Source: Octopus sinensis
Lineage: Eukaryota
Length of the DNA: 64,000 nucleotides
NCBI RefSeq assembly: GCF_006345805.1
Contig: NC_043002.1
Span: forward strand, 30,256,001 to 30,320,000
Direction of reading: 5' to 3'
The position numbers were made by a program, and so were the translations under genes. Positions 25,167-39,344 of this stretch are shown in pieces (within the stretch, counting starts at the first letter, position 1; each line of letters opens with the position of its first letter). The notes under the pieces are model-generated. The model made no database searches, was not told the origin of the DNA, and worked only from the letters and a program-made list of their open reading frames with translations.

Positions 25167-26436
25167 TATAAAACAGAAAAAGATAAAGTTAGAAGATAAG
25201 TGTTCTTTCGTTCTGTCTCTATTCAATTCTGCCCTCTCTCTCCCCTTCTCTCTGTATTTACGTGTGCGTGTGTGTCGATATGTGTGTACGTGTATTCTCG
25301 TCTTTCACCCGCTTTATCATTTTATTTAGTCCGTATCGGTCAACATGACATTCAGTCCGCTGCTGACCAAACAACGAATCTACTAACATCTTTTAAGTTT
25401 CTTTATAATAATCCCTACAAACATCTTCCGTCTCCCGCATCACCTTTCAATATAGAAGCCCTTCCCTATACACAACCTCCACCTCACCGCCACCATCAAA
25501 TGTTCACCTCCCTACTCCAACACCGACAACAGTCTCTTTCCTTGCACTTCAAAGTAGACACTCACTGTGTTCCTTATTTGTTTTATTCTTGAAGGTCCCT
25601 TAAGGCCACAGCCACCTATCCACCGCCAATCTCATCCCTTCATGTTTTTCACCTTCCTCTTGCTCCCTACTTAGCTCAGTTTCTTGTGGTTCTGGCCCCC
25701 ATAAAACATACCCCCTCTGTCTGTCTGTCTCCCTCTCTCTCGCTCGCTCTTTTCTCTATTTGTGCTTCTCCCAGTTATGAAAACTCGAAATCCCTTCACT
25801 CTATCTAGGGGTCCCTAGAGGGATAAACTTCACAGTGATCTGTTGATGGACATTCTCTAGTGATGGGGCAGGTTAACATACCAAACTGATATACGTGTGT
25901 GTGTGTGGTGCGAGAAGAGGCGTATTTACGACGCCCATATGTGTCTGTGCGTTTTTGAACGTATAGGTATTCATGTACAATGTATTAAATTATACGTGTC
26001 TTTTTATTTTTATTTTTCCTCTGGAGTGTGAAAGTTGTGTTCGAAAGATGAATGTAGTATAAATAATAATAATAATTATAAAATGAGATACGGATTTTGT
26101 GGCTCTTCATGCGGTTATTTAGAATTTCGAGAGCAAATACCTGGTCCATCAGTAAGCTAGTTTAGCGTTCCAGTTGTGCCAATCCAGCTTTATTCGCGTA
26201 TTTTTTTCACAGCCATGTCATGAAATTTGTGTGTAGATATATATGAGTAATTAAAAAATCTTTTTTCTTATATCGGTCACTGGCTATGCGGCAGCACTAC
26301 CAGCAAGATCTTAGTCGATCTTTTTTTAATAATATGGCTGGTAAATTATTTTATCGTCTTTTTGTCGAACTGCTTGGTTATGAGCGGACTTCAACTGTAT
26401 TACAAAATTTTATTGTAAACAAGAAAGTTATATACT

Positions 26437-26645
26437 TTTCTGCTCTAGGCAGAAGGCCAGAAATTTTTGGGGAGGGGGGCCAGTCGATTACATCGACCCC
26501 AGTACACACCTGGTAATTTATCGACCGCGAAAGGGTGAAAGGCAAAGTCGACCTCGGCAGATTTTGAACTCAGAGCGTAAACACAGACGAAATAGCGCTA
26601 AGCATTTCGCCCCACGTGCTACCGTTTCTGCCACCTCGCCGCCTT
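26437..26645 (-). mobile_element. SINE family A
   Basis: GAAAGGCAAAGTCGACCTCGGCAGATTTTGAACTCAGAGCGTA...TTCTGCCACCTCGCCGCCTT (reverse complement of the element). Confidence 0.85.
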
Positions 26646-28040
26646 AAGAAAGCCATATATAAACCTTATGACTCACACTGTTATGGCGGATATACATACA
26701 AGTGTGGTTGACCGTATATCGGAATCCATAAAATTATACCGACTGTGACACACTAAAATGTTAGAATTTCCAATTTAATGAATTCTAATTTATTGCTTTA
26801 AAGTCAATCAATCCACATTTAAGCGCTATTTAGTTTATTTTTAGTAAATTTTAGACTTGCATTTTTTCATTCTCGGTAGGGTTATTATGCTAATAATAAA
26901 CTCCCACATTGAATCTATTTCACTTCTTTTTTCATCAATCAGCGAGAGAACCGTGTAACCAATTAACAAACACGAACAACTCTTATAGTTACGGTGACAG
27001 TTTACTAGATTTTAAAAGGAAATAATCTTAGAGTATTTTACAACGTAATTTTTATTGTATTTCATGTTACATTCATTTTTATTCAAATCCAAACAACGTG
27101 TTAATCTTTAAAAGAAGCCGTGTATTTTTTACCGATTTTTTTTCTTTCTTTTTTGTAGTTTTAATTTTTGAATACTTTCTAGTATTATTATCTATGTATT
27201 TCAAAATTTTAGACTTGTAAGGATGGTGTTCCCACTGTGATTTTACACAATTTAAACATTTTATTTATAGAGGTCTTTAACAAAAACATTCTCATTCAGT
27301 TGTGTGTGTGTGTGCGTTTTCAGGCCTTTGCGACATAGCTATTTTACCTTTAACCCCAAGCTCTAACAGGTTGGAATACGAAAAACTAGCTTGTTGATTT
27401 ATATGGCCTATGTTATTGTGAGCTATCAATCAATATAAGAAATAAGTGCTTCTGCATGTACATATAGAAATACAAACATACATACATACATAAATACATA
27501 CATACATACATGAGTGCGTGTAAATATATGCGTGCGCACATTTATACATGCACAGTGAATCCTAAACATTTTTGACAACGTACAATTATTGAGAGAATTG
27601 AAGCAGAATAACAATAAATATTTAATTGCATTTCTTTATAAAATGACAGCATGAAATAAAAAGAAAACTTACTTAGCCAATTAGTAATATCTTTTACTTA
27701 AAAGCTTCATAAGGTTTCTGTTTCACTAAAGATTTATCTAAAGAGGACGAGACTCATAATTGTTTATTTGACCAGGTCAAGCAGATAACATTGTCACTTA
27801 AGACGTCTGTGGTCAGTTATAGTTTTATTGTTTGTCTGTCTGTCTGTCTGCATGTATGTATGTATATATGTTCGAATATTTACATACTGGCATACGCGCG
27901 CAGTTCTCACTACTGCCATACATTGCATTGCTCCTTACCTGCTTAAATACTCTACAAATATGTATGTGTGTATTTTTTAATTGCTCTATTCATTTCTCTC
28001 TTTACTGATATATATATATTTATATATATATATATATATA

Positions 28041-28175
28041 TTAAGGTATGTAGAAAAATACAACATGGACAAGAACGTATAACTCTTAGAAGACGATACA
28101 ATAAACATGGACAGGACATTCGAACCCCTCAGTCTTCAGTCAAGAACTGGATCATCGTGTAATTTCGGCTGATTA
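28041..28175. mobile_element. 135-nt fragment of the element at 34433, embedded in (TA)n
   Basis: Matches 34433-34568 with two substitutions and one indel. Confidence 0.8.
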
Positions 28176-28197
28176 TATATATATATATATCTATATA

Positions 28198-28241
<44 letters not shown>

Positions 28242-28247
28242 TATATA

Positions 28248-28299
<52 letters not shown>

Positions 28300-28400
28300 T
28301 TCTATTGTTGCATTTCGGGAAGGTCATTTTTTATGCGCCTAATAAACACACGTACTATATATTTGTTCTTCCCTCGCTGTTCTTATTTTAAACATTTTCA

Positions 28401-28452
28401 AGTCATGTGGTTGGAAAGTAAGCTACTTACCATATAGCCACTCCTGCGCCTG

Positions 28453-28492
<40 letters not shown>

Positions 28493-28910
28493 GTAAGAAG
28501 CTTGCTTCCCAACCATATGGTTCTGGGTTAACTCTCAGTGTGTGGCACGTGGGCAAATGACTTCTACTATAGTCTCGGGGAGACCAAAGACTTGTGAGTG
28601 GATTCGGTAGGAGGAAACTAAAAGAAGCCTGTCTTATCTATCTATCTATCTATCTATTTAACTGCCTTGTATATAAATGCGTGTGTGTGTGTGTGTGTGG
28701 TTGTTAGTCAGTGTTTGTCTCGCCACCATCACCTTGACAACCGATGTTGGAGTGTTTAATTTCCCGAAGTTTAACGGTTCGGCCAAAGAGACCGATAGAA
28801 TGAGTATTAGGCTTACAAAGAATAAGTCCTGTGGTCGATTTAATCGACTAAAGGCGTGGTACTCTAGCATGACCGCAGCAAAATGACTGAAACAAGTCAA
28901 ACAAATAAAC
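28401..28910 (+). mobile_element. SINE family B head fragment (minus, 28401-28451) facing a full plus-strand copy (28486-28910)
   Basis: CATGTGGTTGGAAAGTAAGCTACTTACCATATAGCCACTCCTGCGCCT, then (TA)n, then GTGTGGTAAGAAGCTTGCTTCCCAACCATATGG...GACTGAAACAAG. Confidence 0.8.
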
Positions 28911-30231
28911 AAAATATATATATATATATATTCACGAATGCAGGCGCAGTTCCAAATTGAGTAATGTACCAGAAATTGTAATAACGGCCAACGTTAGTTG
29001 TAGTTCTAGGTTGCGTTGCTCTAGATAAGATTCAATGGTGTATGCATGTGTTTGTGTGTGCAGATATATGAGTGTGTATACATTGCATTGTTAATAATAC
29101 TATGTCATTTGCAGGCGGCTTGCGAGGGGAAACATATGGTTTTTTGCTGTTTGTCACTCATGTCTTTGACATATGTGTGTTTACATATATACGTCGCTCT
29201 TTCTTTGCCCACCCTCACTAATTATGCATTTATGTTTTTTTCATATATATATTCCAGTATGCGTATGTGCCGATATTTACATATACACTACACACACGGC
29301 ATTGGTATATAATATATATAAATATGTGTATACATATAACGATTTATATACTTCAGTATGTATTTGTGTATGTACACATATATGTTATATATATACGCAC
29401 GCACACATAGATCTGTGAGTGTGTGTATGCGCAATGCACACATATATGATTTATTTACGTATCTACACCTGTGTGTCCAAAAAAGAGGGAAACAGAAATT
29501 ATTTCTACATTCTTAATGTAGTTTTAAGTGTGTATATATTTTTACTGTGTATATCATGTATGTGTAAGTCTTAGTGTGCCTGCGTGCGGATTTGTGTGTA
29601 TTAGTTTTCAACTGTAGGTATATGTGTATATATGTGTGTATATATGTTTTGTTTTTCAACTGCCATATTTTCCGATCTCGCTCTCAGATTTCATTTCTCG
29701 TAAATGGTTTTAGTTTGGGATCTTTTTTTTTTTTTCTTCTTTTTATCGTCAGTGAAGAATAGAAAAAGAAAATTGCAAAACAGAACTTATTGTTCTCTCA
29801 TCCTTGATTCCATCAGGTTCATTCTATCATTTCTGTCACAGACTAAACTCCACAGTTCTTCTTTCACTTCGTTTATATATTTTTATTGTTATTATTTCTG
29901 CTGCCGATGTTGTGGTTTCTACGTTATATTTCCACTCCACGTTTTTTGTTTAAATCTATACTTACAACTTTTCTTTTCCATTATGCTTCGTATTTGCTTT
30001 TTCGTTAGTTTATATATATATTTATGTATGTATGTAGGTATATATATATATAATTGCTTCAAAATCTTACAGAAGTGATAAAAAAAAAAGTAATGGTGGG
30101 TAAAGAAGGGAGTGCGGGATCAGCCAAAGTCTCCACCCAGAACTAATTGGTAGCGTTAGAATGATGCTAACCATATCGTCTGTTGATACTCAACACTTTT
30201 TATTCCTTACTTTCAATATACGTATAGATTT

Positions 30232-30284
<53 letters not shown>

Positions 30285-30591
30285 ATATATATATATATAG
30301 ATTTCTTCGGTATAAACTTAATGCTTCTTCATTTTTTTTCTATTTATTCAATTAACCACAGTTTTGTATATTCGACTCATTCGATATTTGTTTCTCAAAG
30401 AGATAATCTAATAGTTTAATCTATGGTTCATTGCAGTTCCAATATGGTCCTGTCTTAGCAGTATAGCAATGGCTGCTGGTAGCATGCTATAGCATATACT
30501 TATATCTATTTCGTTCATTTACGCTCTGTCTCATTCAAACACTCATACTTCGATATATAAGTTTTTCAGATGACGACATGCCATCTTTTAA

Positions 30592-30676
<85 letters not shown>

Positions 30677-30881
30677 CCTATCTATCTATCAGATTGTGTG
30701 TCTACTTGACTGTCTATCTATCTATTTATCAGTCTATCATCTATCTAAATATCTATTTATCTATCTATCTGTCCATCTGTTTGTTTGTCTGTCTGTCTGC
30801 CTCTCTGTTTGTCTATTTGTCTGTCCCTCTATATGTATACGCATATATATACATACAAACATACATACATACATACATATA

Positions 30882-30930
<49 letters not shown>

Positions 30931-30962
30931 GTATATATATGTATATATATGTAATATATATG

Positions 30963-30993
<31 letters not shown>

Positions 30994-31027
30994 GTTATTA
31001 TGTATAATTATATATATATATATATAT

Positions 31028-31063
<36 letters not shown>

Positions 31064-31180
31064 TATGTATATAATATATATATATATGTATATATATATA
31101 TAAATATATGTATATATATTATATATATGGTATATGTATATATTATATAGTATATGATATATATATATAATATATATATG

Positions 31181-31214
<34 letters not shown>

Positions 31215-31775
31215 ATATATAATATATAATATATATATCTTGTCTACCTATCTCTCTACACATATTTATCTGTTTGCCTGTCTCCTTGTCATGCTATTTA
31301 TCTATGTATTTTGGTATCGTCCCAAATTATCGTTTTTTCTTTAATTTTATTCTCTTTTATTCACGTCTAAAAAATAATCAACCAGTAAGCTTGTTTAAGA
31401 CGTGATAACTCGTTCTGTGGTCCATAATGTATGTTACTGTACTTATTAGTTTGTGAAAATCCCCCAATCCAGTGAAACTGACCATCGAGCCACCCAACAG
31501 TCTACACAGCAAAAAATGCCATTGTGTCTTACACAAACGAATTACTATTGCTGCATGTACATATTAAGTGACAAAAATGTCGTTCTGTATTTAGCTTGCA
31601 CCTGTGCATATTTGAGACAGTGTGATTGCCTTGTCTAAATAAATGCTTTATATGCCATCTTTTGTTTTAAATTGCTTTTGTTTCGATTGTCGTAATACTT
31701 ATACTTGCCCCCATATATAACACTACATGCTTAGATATGATTGTATGCGTTTGTACAAATATATGTGTGTGTGTA

Positions 31776-31806
<31 letters not shown>

Positions 31807-32059
31807 TTAAAATATTATTTGAGAGACAACCACTATTTTGCAAAACAACAACAGGAAAGACTTAATCAATACATAAATTTTAATAATTTTATAAAATTTT
31901 ATGTATTGATTAAGTCTTTCCTTGTTTGTTTTGCAAATATGGTTTTGTCTCTAATAATATTTATAATATTTTTACTATAAAATCGATTTAATCCTAAATC
32001 TGATTTTTTCCCTGTAAATTTGGATTTATTCCCTAATATTTATTATTTATAATATATAA

Positions 32060-32117
<58 letters not shown>

Positions 32118-33314
32118 TGTCCTGTTTTCCTTTCGGGTCTTGGTAACGTATAGAGATTGTGTGTGTGTGTGTGTGCATATAAAATATGTGCGTGTGTATA
32201 AATATGTATGTTTGTGTGTATGTGTATGTATGTAGACACACATGTATGTATTTGTGATTTTGCTTTGGTAACAAGACCCTCATTCGCTGACAGAGAAAGT
32301 GAGGGAAACGGAGAAAGGGAGAGTCTAAGCTTGAAGAAAAGGGGACAGATCATTAAAAATATCAAATGGGCCTTCAGGATAGGGAGCATTCTTTGTTTTC
32401 TGAAAGTTACTTTTATTTGTGTCCTTTTGTTTCGTATTGCATTTTTTTTTATATTTGCTGCCATGTTGTTTTACTCTTTGTCGTTTATTTCTATTTTTCC
32501 AGATTCCCACCAGCCCTCTTTTTGTTTTTGTTCTTTAATTTCTTGGGTCTCACTCCCCCCCTCTCTCTCTCTCTCTCTCTCAATGAGCAATAACAAAAAT
32601 ATAAAGCATGAAACAATTGTCCTTTTTTTTTCTTTTTGCTCCCTCTTTTTCTCTCTCCCTTTCCAACTCCAAACTTAATATTTTTTCATTTGATATTTCG
32701 CACAAATTGCCACTGATATTCATTCCGGTATTTCACTTCAATTTAGCTTTTGTGCCTTCAAGTTACGTTTCTGCTGTTTATTGTAACATAAGACCTTTTC
32801 TGCCATTTTTATTTTCATTTTTATTTTCTCATATTTGCTGTTGTTTATTTATTTTTAATTTTTCTTTATTCCTTCTTTTAATTATTCATTCGCTTGTTTT
32901 TAAATTTATATTGTTTTTTATTTTAGTTACTTATTTTTTTCTAAGGGCTTCAACGTTACGTGTTATGCTCATGGTTCCCATCCTATTTTCCCATGTTAGA
33001 TACAAGATATAGTGGGATATCGTTTGTAAATTCAGGATATTTGTATATGAATTGTTGTAAGAAATAACTCGACAGCTGGATAAAAGAAAGATATTTATAT
33101 TTTGCGCACTAGGGTTGGAGGCAAATGAACTCTGCAGTAAAAGGAGAGGTACCCTATTTTCTGAATTTTCAGCTACATTATCTTGCCTAGGGTATACAAA
33201 ATGGATTTCGTCAAACATTTCAAATGATGATTTTTGCATGCATGACTGATCACTATCTTAAAGACCTTACGGGCGTTGTTTAAACTTTTGGCAAATGAGG
33301 ACTGTTTTAATAAT

Positions 33315-33326
33315 CATCATTATCGC

Positions 33327-33371
<45 letters not shown>

Positions 33372-33401
33372 CATAATCATCATCATCATTACTATTATTG
33401 A

Positions 33402-33437
<36 letters not shown>

Positions 33438-33467
33438 CATAATCATCATCATCATTACTATTATTGA

Positions 33468-33503
<36 letters not shown>

Positions 33504-33560
33504 CATCATCATCATCATTACTATTACTACTACTACTCTACTATACTACTACTACTATCA
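33315..33560. repeat. compound (ATT)/(ATC)/(ACT)n microsatellite with a ~66-nt higher-order period
   Basis: ATCATAATCATCATCATCATTACTATTATTGAT recurs at 33370 and 33436. Other trinucleotide tracts include (AGT)n at 14453-14510 and (CT)n at ~15684-15747. Confidence 0.9.
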
Positions 33561-34432
33561 CCATCATCATAATTATCATTGTCAACATCAACGTCGTCGT
33601 TGTTGTGAACACAACGCTCACCGTTATTATTATTACAATCTGCTTCACCACCATTACCGGAGTCGCAATCAGCGTCATTATCACCATCATCATCCTCATC
33701 AATACCATCTTTATCAATAATTTTTCATTTTCGTTGTCGTTGTTAACACGAATCGTTAGAACCGGTGCTTGAACGTCTGCATGGTAAACTTACTTTATGA
33801 TATTCACTTACGTTCCATCTGCCTTCAGCCCCTGCTACTTCGTTCTAAGGAAGAAATCCCAGGATAATCTACTTAAGCTTTAAATTATTCCATATAGCTT
33901 TAAAATTTGTACCAATGCATCTTCTGTCCGTTCCCGGAAAGAAACAGTACTACCACCGCCCTTTAGCATTTTTGAAGATTTAACTTATTATTTCATATGC
34001 TTTCTTTGGTCACACTTTGTGGGGCAACGTATGATCACACGCTAGAGTATGGACTAAGGCAAAACACACGCAGTAATAGCTTGTGACTATGAGCCAAGTA
34101 ACGCACTACGAATTGTAGCATGAATAGTAGCTATTTCTCTCTCTCACTCTCTCTCTCTCTCATTATATATATATATGTGTGTGTGTGTGTGTTTATATAT
34201 GTGTATATATGAGTATATATATACATAAATATATATATATATATATATATATGTACATATACATGCATATATGTATATGTATGTATACGTATATATGTAT
34301 ATATATATATGTATGTATGTATATATATATATATATACGTGTATATATATGTATATATATATATATATATATACGTGTATATATATGTGTATATATATAT
34401 ATATATATGTAATATATATATATATATATATA

Positions 34433-35212
34433 TTAAGGTATGTAGAAAAATACAACATGGACAAGAACGTATAACTCATAGAAGACGATACAATAAACAT
34501 GGACAGGACATTCGAACCCCTCAGTCTTCAGTCAAGAACCGGATCATCGTAGTAATTTCGGCTGATTAATCTTGAGATTACTAGATCACGGCCAGCCCTC
34601 CAAGAAAAACTAAGCTGGAAGCGTAGATTTCCTGGAAGAAGGATCGAATGCATACGAACACCAGGACAGCAAAAGGACAGATATAAAAAAACAAAAAACA
34701 ATAATGGAATACAGAAACATGAAATACAGAAGCATTAACGGTGAAAACAACAAGTGTCTTACGACTGATAACAAGCAAACAAATTTTTTCTCTGGCGCAT
34801 TGGAAAAAGCCTTTATAGCGGCGGACGAAGAACAACGATGTTAACACGACGAGTGTCAGGAGCTGAAAGGCAGATTTCGGCAAACAGTCACGTGACAGAG
34901 AAGAGGGAAAAGAAAGAAAGAGAGAGAGAAAAGGGGGACAAAACGCAACAAAGAGAGAGAAGAGAGAGAAGGAAGGAATCAGAGAGGAGAAGGGATGGGT
35001 GTCGAAGATGACCTGTGAGTGCAGAGCGAGACAAAGAAATAGGAGGGTAGTGGAAGACTAGACCAAAGGATCATAGGAAGAAGATGAATAGAGAGAAGTA
35101 AAATGAGAGAGAGAGAGACAAACAGAGAGTCGTACCAATTATTAAGAATATGTGTTCACATTAATGATAAAGGGGTACGGGGCGCCTGGAATATATGTTA
35201 AGGTATGTAGAA
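34433..35212 (-). mobile_element. unclassified non-autonomous element bounded by a 15-nt direct repeat (Penelope-like candidate)
   Basis: TTAAGGTATGTAGAA at 34433-34447 and 35198-35212, inserted next to (TA)n. The minus strand carries GGCTG...CAGCC-GAAA and a CTGAAGA. No coding capacity seen. Confidence 0.4.
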
Positions 35213-35288
35213 GCATGGCATTTACACACATCTGGCTATTTCATATCCTACCGAACAAATATTATATATATATATATAATATATATAT

Positions 35289-35369
35289 ATTCCTTGATTA
35301 ATACTCCCTGCTGAAATCGAAGTAGCATGGCATTTACACACATCTGGCTATTTCATATCCTACCGAACA

Positions 35370-35431
<62 letters not shown>

Positions 35432-35512
35432 TGTTCGGTAGGATATGAAATAGCCAGATGTGTGTAAATGCCATGCTACTTCGATTTCAGCAGGGAGTAT
35501 TAATCAAGGAAT
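35289..35512. repeat. 82-bp perfect inverted repeat with a 60-nt (TA)n spacer
   Basis: 35289-35370 is the exact reverse complement of 35431-35512. A partial direct copy of the arm lies at 35212-35258. Confidence 0.95.
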
Positions 35513-35986
35513 TTTTTAGTGTTCTGAAGCGTTTAATTATTATTGATATACGTGTAACTAAATTGAAAACAAAAAAGAAAGAAAGAAAAAAGAAAAGAAA
35601 AAGACTTTCCCCTATAAACAACTAAGAAAGTATGGAAAGTCGTTAAAACTGCAATACTGTAGTAAATTACAGTGGCAAACAAAAGCGGTTTAGCTACAGC
35701 TATAAATAGCAACATGTTACGCGTACTGATAAATATAGTGGTACATCAGGAAATCAGACAAGAACAGTCACTTACGATGGAGCTATATGAATGCCATAAT
35801 AAAACATGCCAAGCAAAAACAACAAATGGACCTTAAGCTGCAAATAATTTTACACGTAACAAGTGATACCAGTTGAAACATAAGCAGGAAATCAAACGAG
35901 TAGTCAGTCAGCCATTTGTAGCACAAATATCATACCGTTTTACGAACGTGAACGATGTCAGTTCAGCATTAGACCAATCTACCGCC

Positions 35987-36026
<40 letters not shown>

Positions 36027-36130
36027 TAATAATAATGATGATGTTGATGATGATGATGATAATGATAATAATAATAATAATAATAATAATAGTAATGATG
36101 ATAATAATAATATAAATTATAATAATAATA

Positions 36131-36194
36131 GTTTGAATTGAATGATTGTTATTTTATCGACCCTAAAGGATGAAAGGCACAGTCGACCTAAGCG

Positions 36195-36236
<42 letters not shown>

Positions 36237-36268
36237 TGATGATAATGATAATAATAATAATAATGATG

Positions 36269-36300
<32 letters not shown>

Positions 36301-36325
36301 GATAATGATAATAATAATAATGATG

Positions 36326-36356
<31 letters not shown>

Positions 36357-36666
36357 TTATAATAATAATAGTTTGAATTGAATGATTGTTATTTTATCGA
36401 CCCTAAAGGATGAAAGCACAGTCGACCTAAGCGGAATAATAAAATAATATAATAATAATAATAATAATAATGATGATGATAATGATAATAATATAATAAT
36501 GATGATGATAATGAAATGATAATAATAATAATAATGATAATGATAATATAATAATGATGATAATAATATAATAATAATAATAATAAAAATTATAATAATA
36601 ATGTTTGAATTGAATGATTGTTATTTTATCGACCCTAAAGGATGAAAGGCAAAGTCGACCTAAGCG

Positions 36667-36669
<3 letters not shown>
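36131..36669. repeat. three tandem copies (period ~240) of a SINE-A core fragment plus (AAT/GAT)n
   Basis: GTTTGAATTGAATGATTGTTATTTTATCGACCCTAAAGGATGAAA starts at 36131, 36371 and 36603. Confidence 0.9.
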
Positions 36670-36717
<48 letters not shown>

Positions 36718-36718
<1 letters not shown>

Positions 36719-36860
36719 CCTCTCTACTATAGGTACAAGTCTTGAAATTTTAGGATTGTGCGGGAGAGTCAATTACATTGACACCCAGTACTTAAATGGT
36801 TCTCATATATTCACTTCTTGAAGATAAAAACACAGTCGACCTCGGTAGAATTTGAACTCA
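36718..36860 (-). mobile_element. degraded SINE family A
   Basis: CCTCTCTACTATAGGTACAAG...CAGTCGACCTCGGTAGAATTTGAACTCA. Confidence 0.65.
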
Positions 36861-37974
36861 ATCACGATCTCCGGTATTTCTATATTGCAAACAATTGCTA
36901 CCTGGTCGATGACTCATCGAACCTTTTGGTATCTTTGTTTCTCATTCTTCTGGGTTTCTACCAATTCAACATTCAAATCACTAAATGGACCTCTGAGAGA
37001 CGGGTTTAGTTGCCAACAACTCGACAATATAACGGGCTATACAGGATTTCATTTGATCAATTGTAGTCAAAGACACGTGTATAAGCATACAGCCCTGAAA
37101 AGGGTATTCTACTAGGAAAACTACATGGCCATCGGTATGAATTTGAACAATAAAAACTAAGGAACGAATTTACTAAAGACTACTGAAAACAAATACTTGA
37201 CTTATTAAAAACCATTTATTTCCTTGTTTCAAAAACCAAGTTACAAGGGTCAAATATAATAGTAAGCACTCTTATATAAATATATATGTGTATATGTATA
37301 ATCTATGTATATGTATGTGTGCATAATATTCACCAATTAATATTAAACCCTTATGCAATATATATACATATATTACTTGCACATACCTACATGCTTGCGT
37401 GTATGTGTGTATATATATATATGTATATATATATATATTATATATTATATATATATATATAGATATATATATATATGAATATATATACATACACACACAT
37501 ATGTATGTGTATATCTATACGTGTGCAACATCACATACATATCTACATGTATATCTATATGTGTGTATACATACATACATACACACACATACCTATATGC
37601 GTACATGTATACGTACATAAAATGCATGAATATAAAACGCACGGAAAAACAAACAAAACGAAACAATCGCACTCACAGTTTATTAGATATCATTGCTTGT
37701 ATCGCTAAACATTCTTTATCTTTCTGTACTTTGTATTTGCTTAATCAGTTAAACAGCCATCAGATCACTTGTAAGAGTTCTGAAATCATGTCTTTCTCAC
37801 TTATTTCCCCTGTTTCCTTACTTTATTTAATGTCTGATGTGTTCGTTCTTACTGGATTTAAATTCAACAAAATTGAGATGCAATGACTTAAACAACGGCT
37901 CTTTAAAAATTTCTTATCCTGATTACACAAATCATGTTTACAATATTTTTGTGCGTTTCGCACATTTTCTTTTA

Positions 37975-38074
37975 NNNNNNNNNNNNNNNNNNNNNNNNNN
38001 NNNNNNNNNNNNNNNNNNNNNNNNNNNNNNNNNNNNNNNNNNNNNNNNNNNNNNNNNNNNNNNNNNNNNNNNNN
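37975..38074. other. assembly gap (100 N)
   Basis: Run of exactly 100 N. A round number of this kind usually denotes a gap of unknown size. Confidence 0.98.
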
Positions 38075-38666
38075 AAAAACAACTGTGTTCGATGGATTAA
38101 ACAGAGATTGAAGCAGTGTGAGGGAAGCAGAAAAGATGACGTGCTACGGTTATGTAACGGGATCAAATTGGAGTGCAACAACAACAATAGGTCACATTCA
38201 CTCGGAGCAGTTTGGTGATAAACCTCGAACCCCCTTCCTTCGTTGTATCACCATTTACAGAGGGGAGGGTGATTTGGGAGAGACAAGTACGAAATCTGTT
38301 TTTGCTCCTATTTTTAGTGTCCTCTAACAGTTTGACAATAGGTTATTCACTATTCATTTATTGCTTCCCTCCTCCCCGCTCTTCTATCTCCGTTTTTCCA
38401 TTTTCCCCCTCCTTTCTCGCTCTCTCTCTCTCTCTCATAATTTGTTCCTCTCTATTCAGATATGCATATGCATCACACACACGCACATAGACACAAACAC
38501 GTACACACGCACGCACTCACTTTCTATTCCAAGAAAACAATACGTTTCAAATCAAAACAATTGTTGAAGGAAAAAATACACATACACTGAAATGTGTGTA
38601 TGCATGCGTTTGTTCTCTCTCTCTCTCTCTCTCTCCTACTATCCTGTACCCTCTCTCTCTCTCTCC

Positions 38667-38698
<32 letters not shown>

Positions 38699-38814
38699 AC
38701 AGAGAGAGAGAGAGAGAGAGACAGGAGAGACTAAAATATATAACATGCAAAAATACGCATACATGCATGCATATATGGTGTATGCATGTTTTATATATGT
38801 ACGACTGTGTGTAT

Positions 38815-38874
<60 letters not shown>

Positions 38875-39038
38875 ATAGAGAGAGGGGGTAGGTAGGTAGA
38901 TGTAATGTGTAAAACTGTCCCAACACCGCACCAGCCACGCCTTCCTCAGTGTGTCTGAATATCTCGCTTTCGATATACATACATATATGTATATGTGTGT
39001 GTGTATATGTCTATATGTATATAATATATATCTATATA

Positions 39039-39073
<35 letters not shown>

Positions 39074-39307
39074 ATATATATATATATATTCTATATATAT
39101 ATATATATATATATACATACATATATATATATCACCCTGTATACCCCGTCACTAACCGACACCCTTGGCATTACCCTGATAGTCATGTTCTAAATGGCAG
39201 TCTGGTGGGAAACAACATTTTAGCATGATTCCACACAAACAGACAATTAAAATGTCTGGGTCACTAGAAAAATCAATGAAATGTCCTGTGTGTGTGTTTG
39301 TGTATGA

Positions 39308-39344
<37 letters not shown>

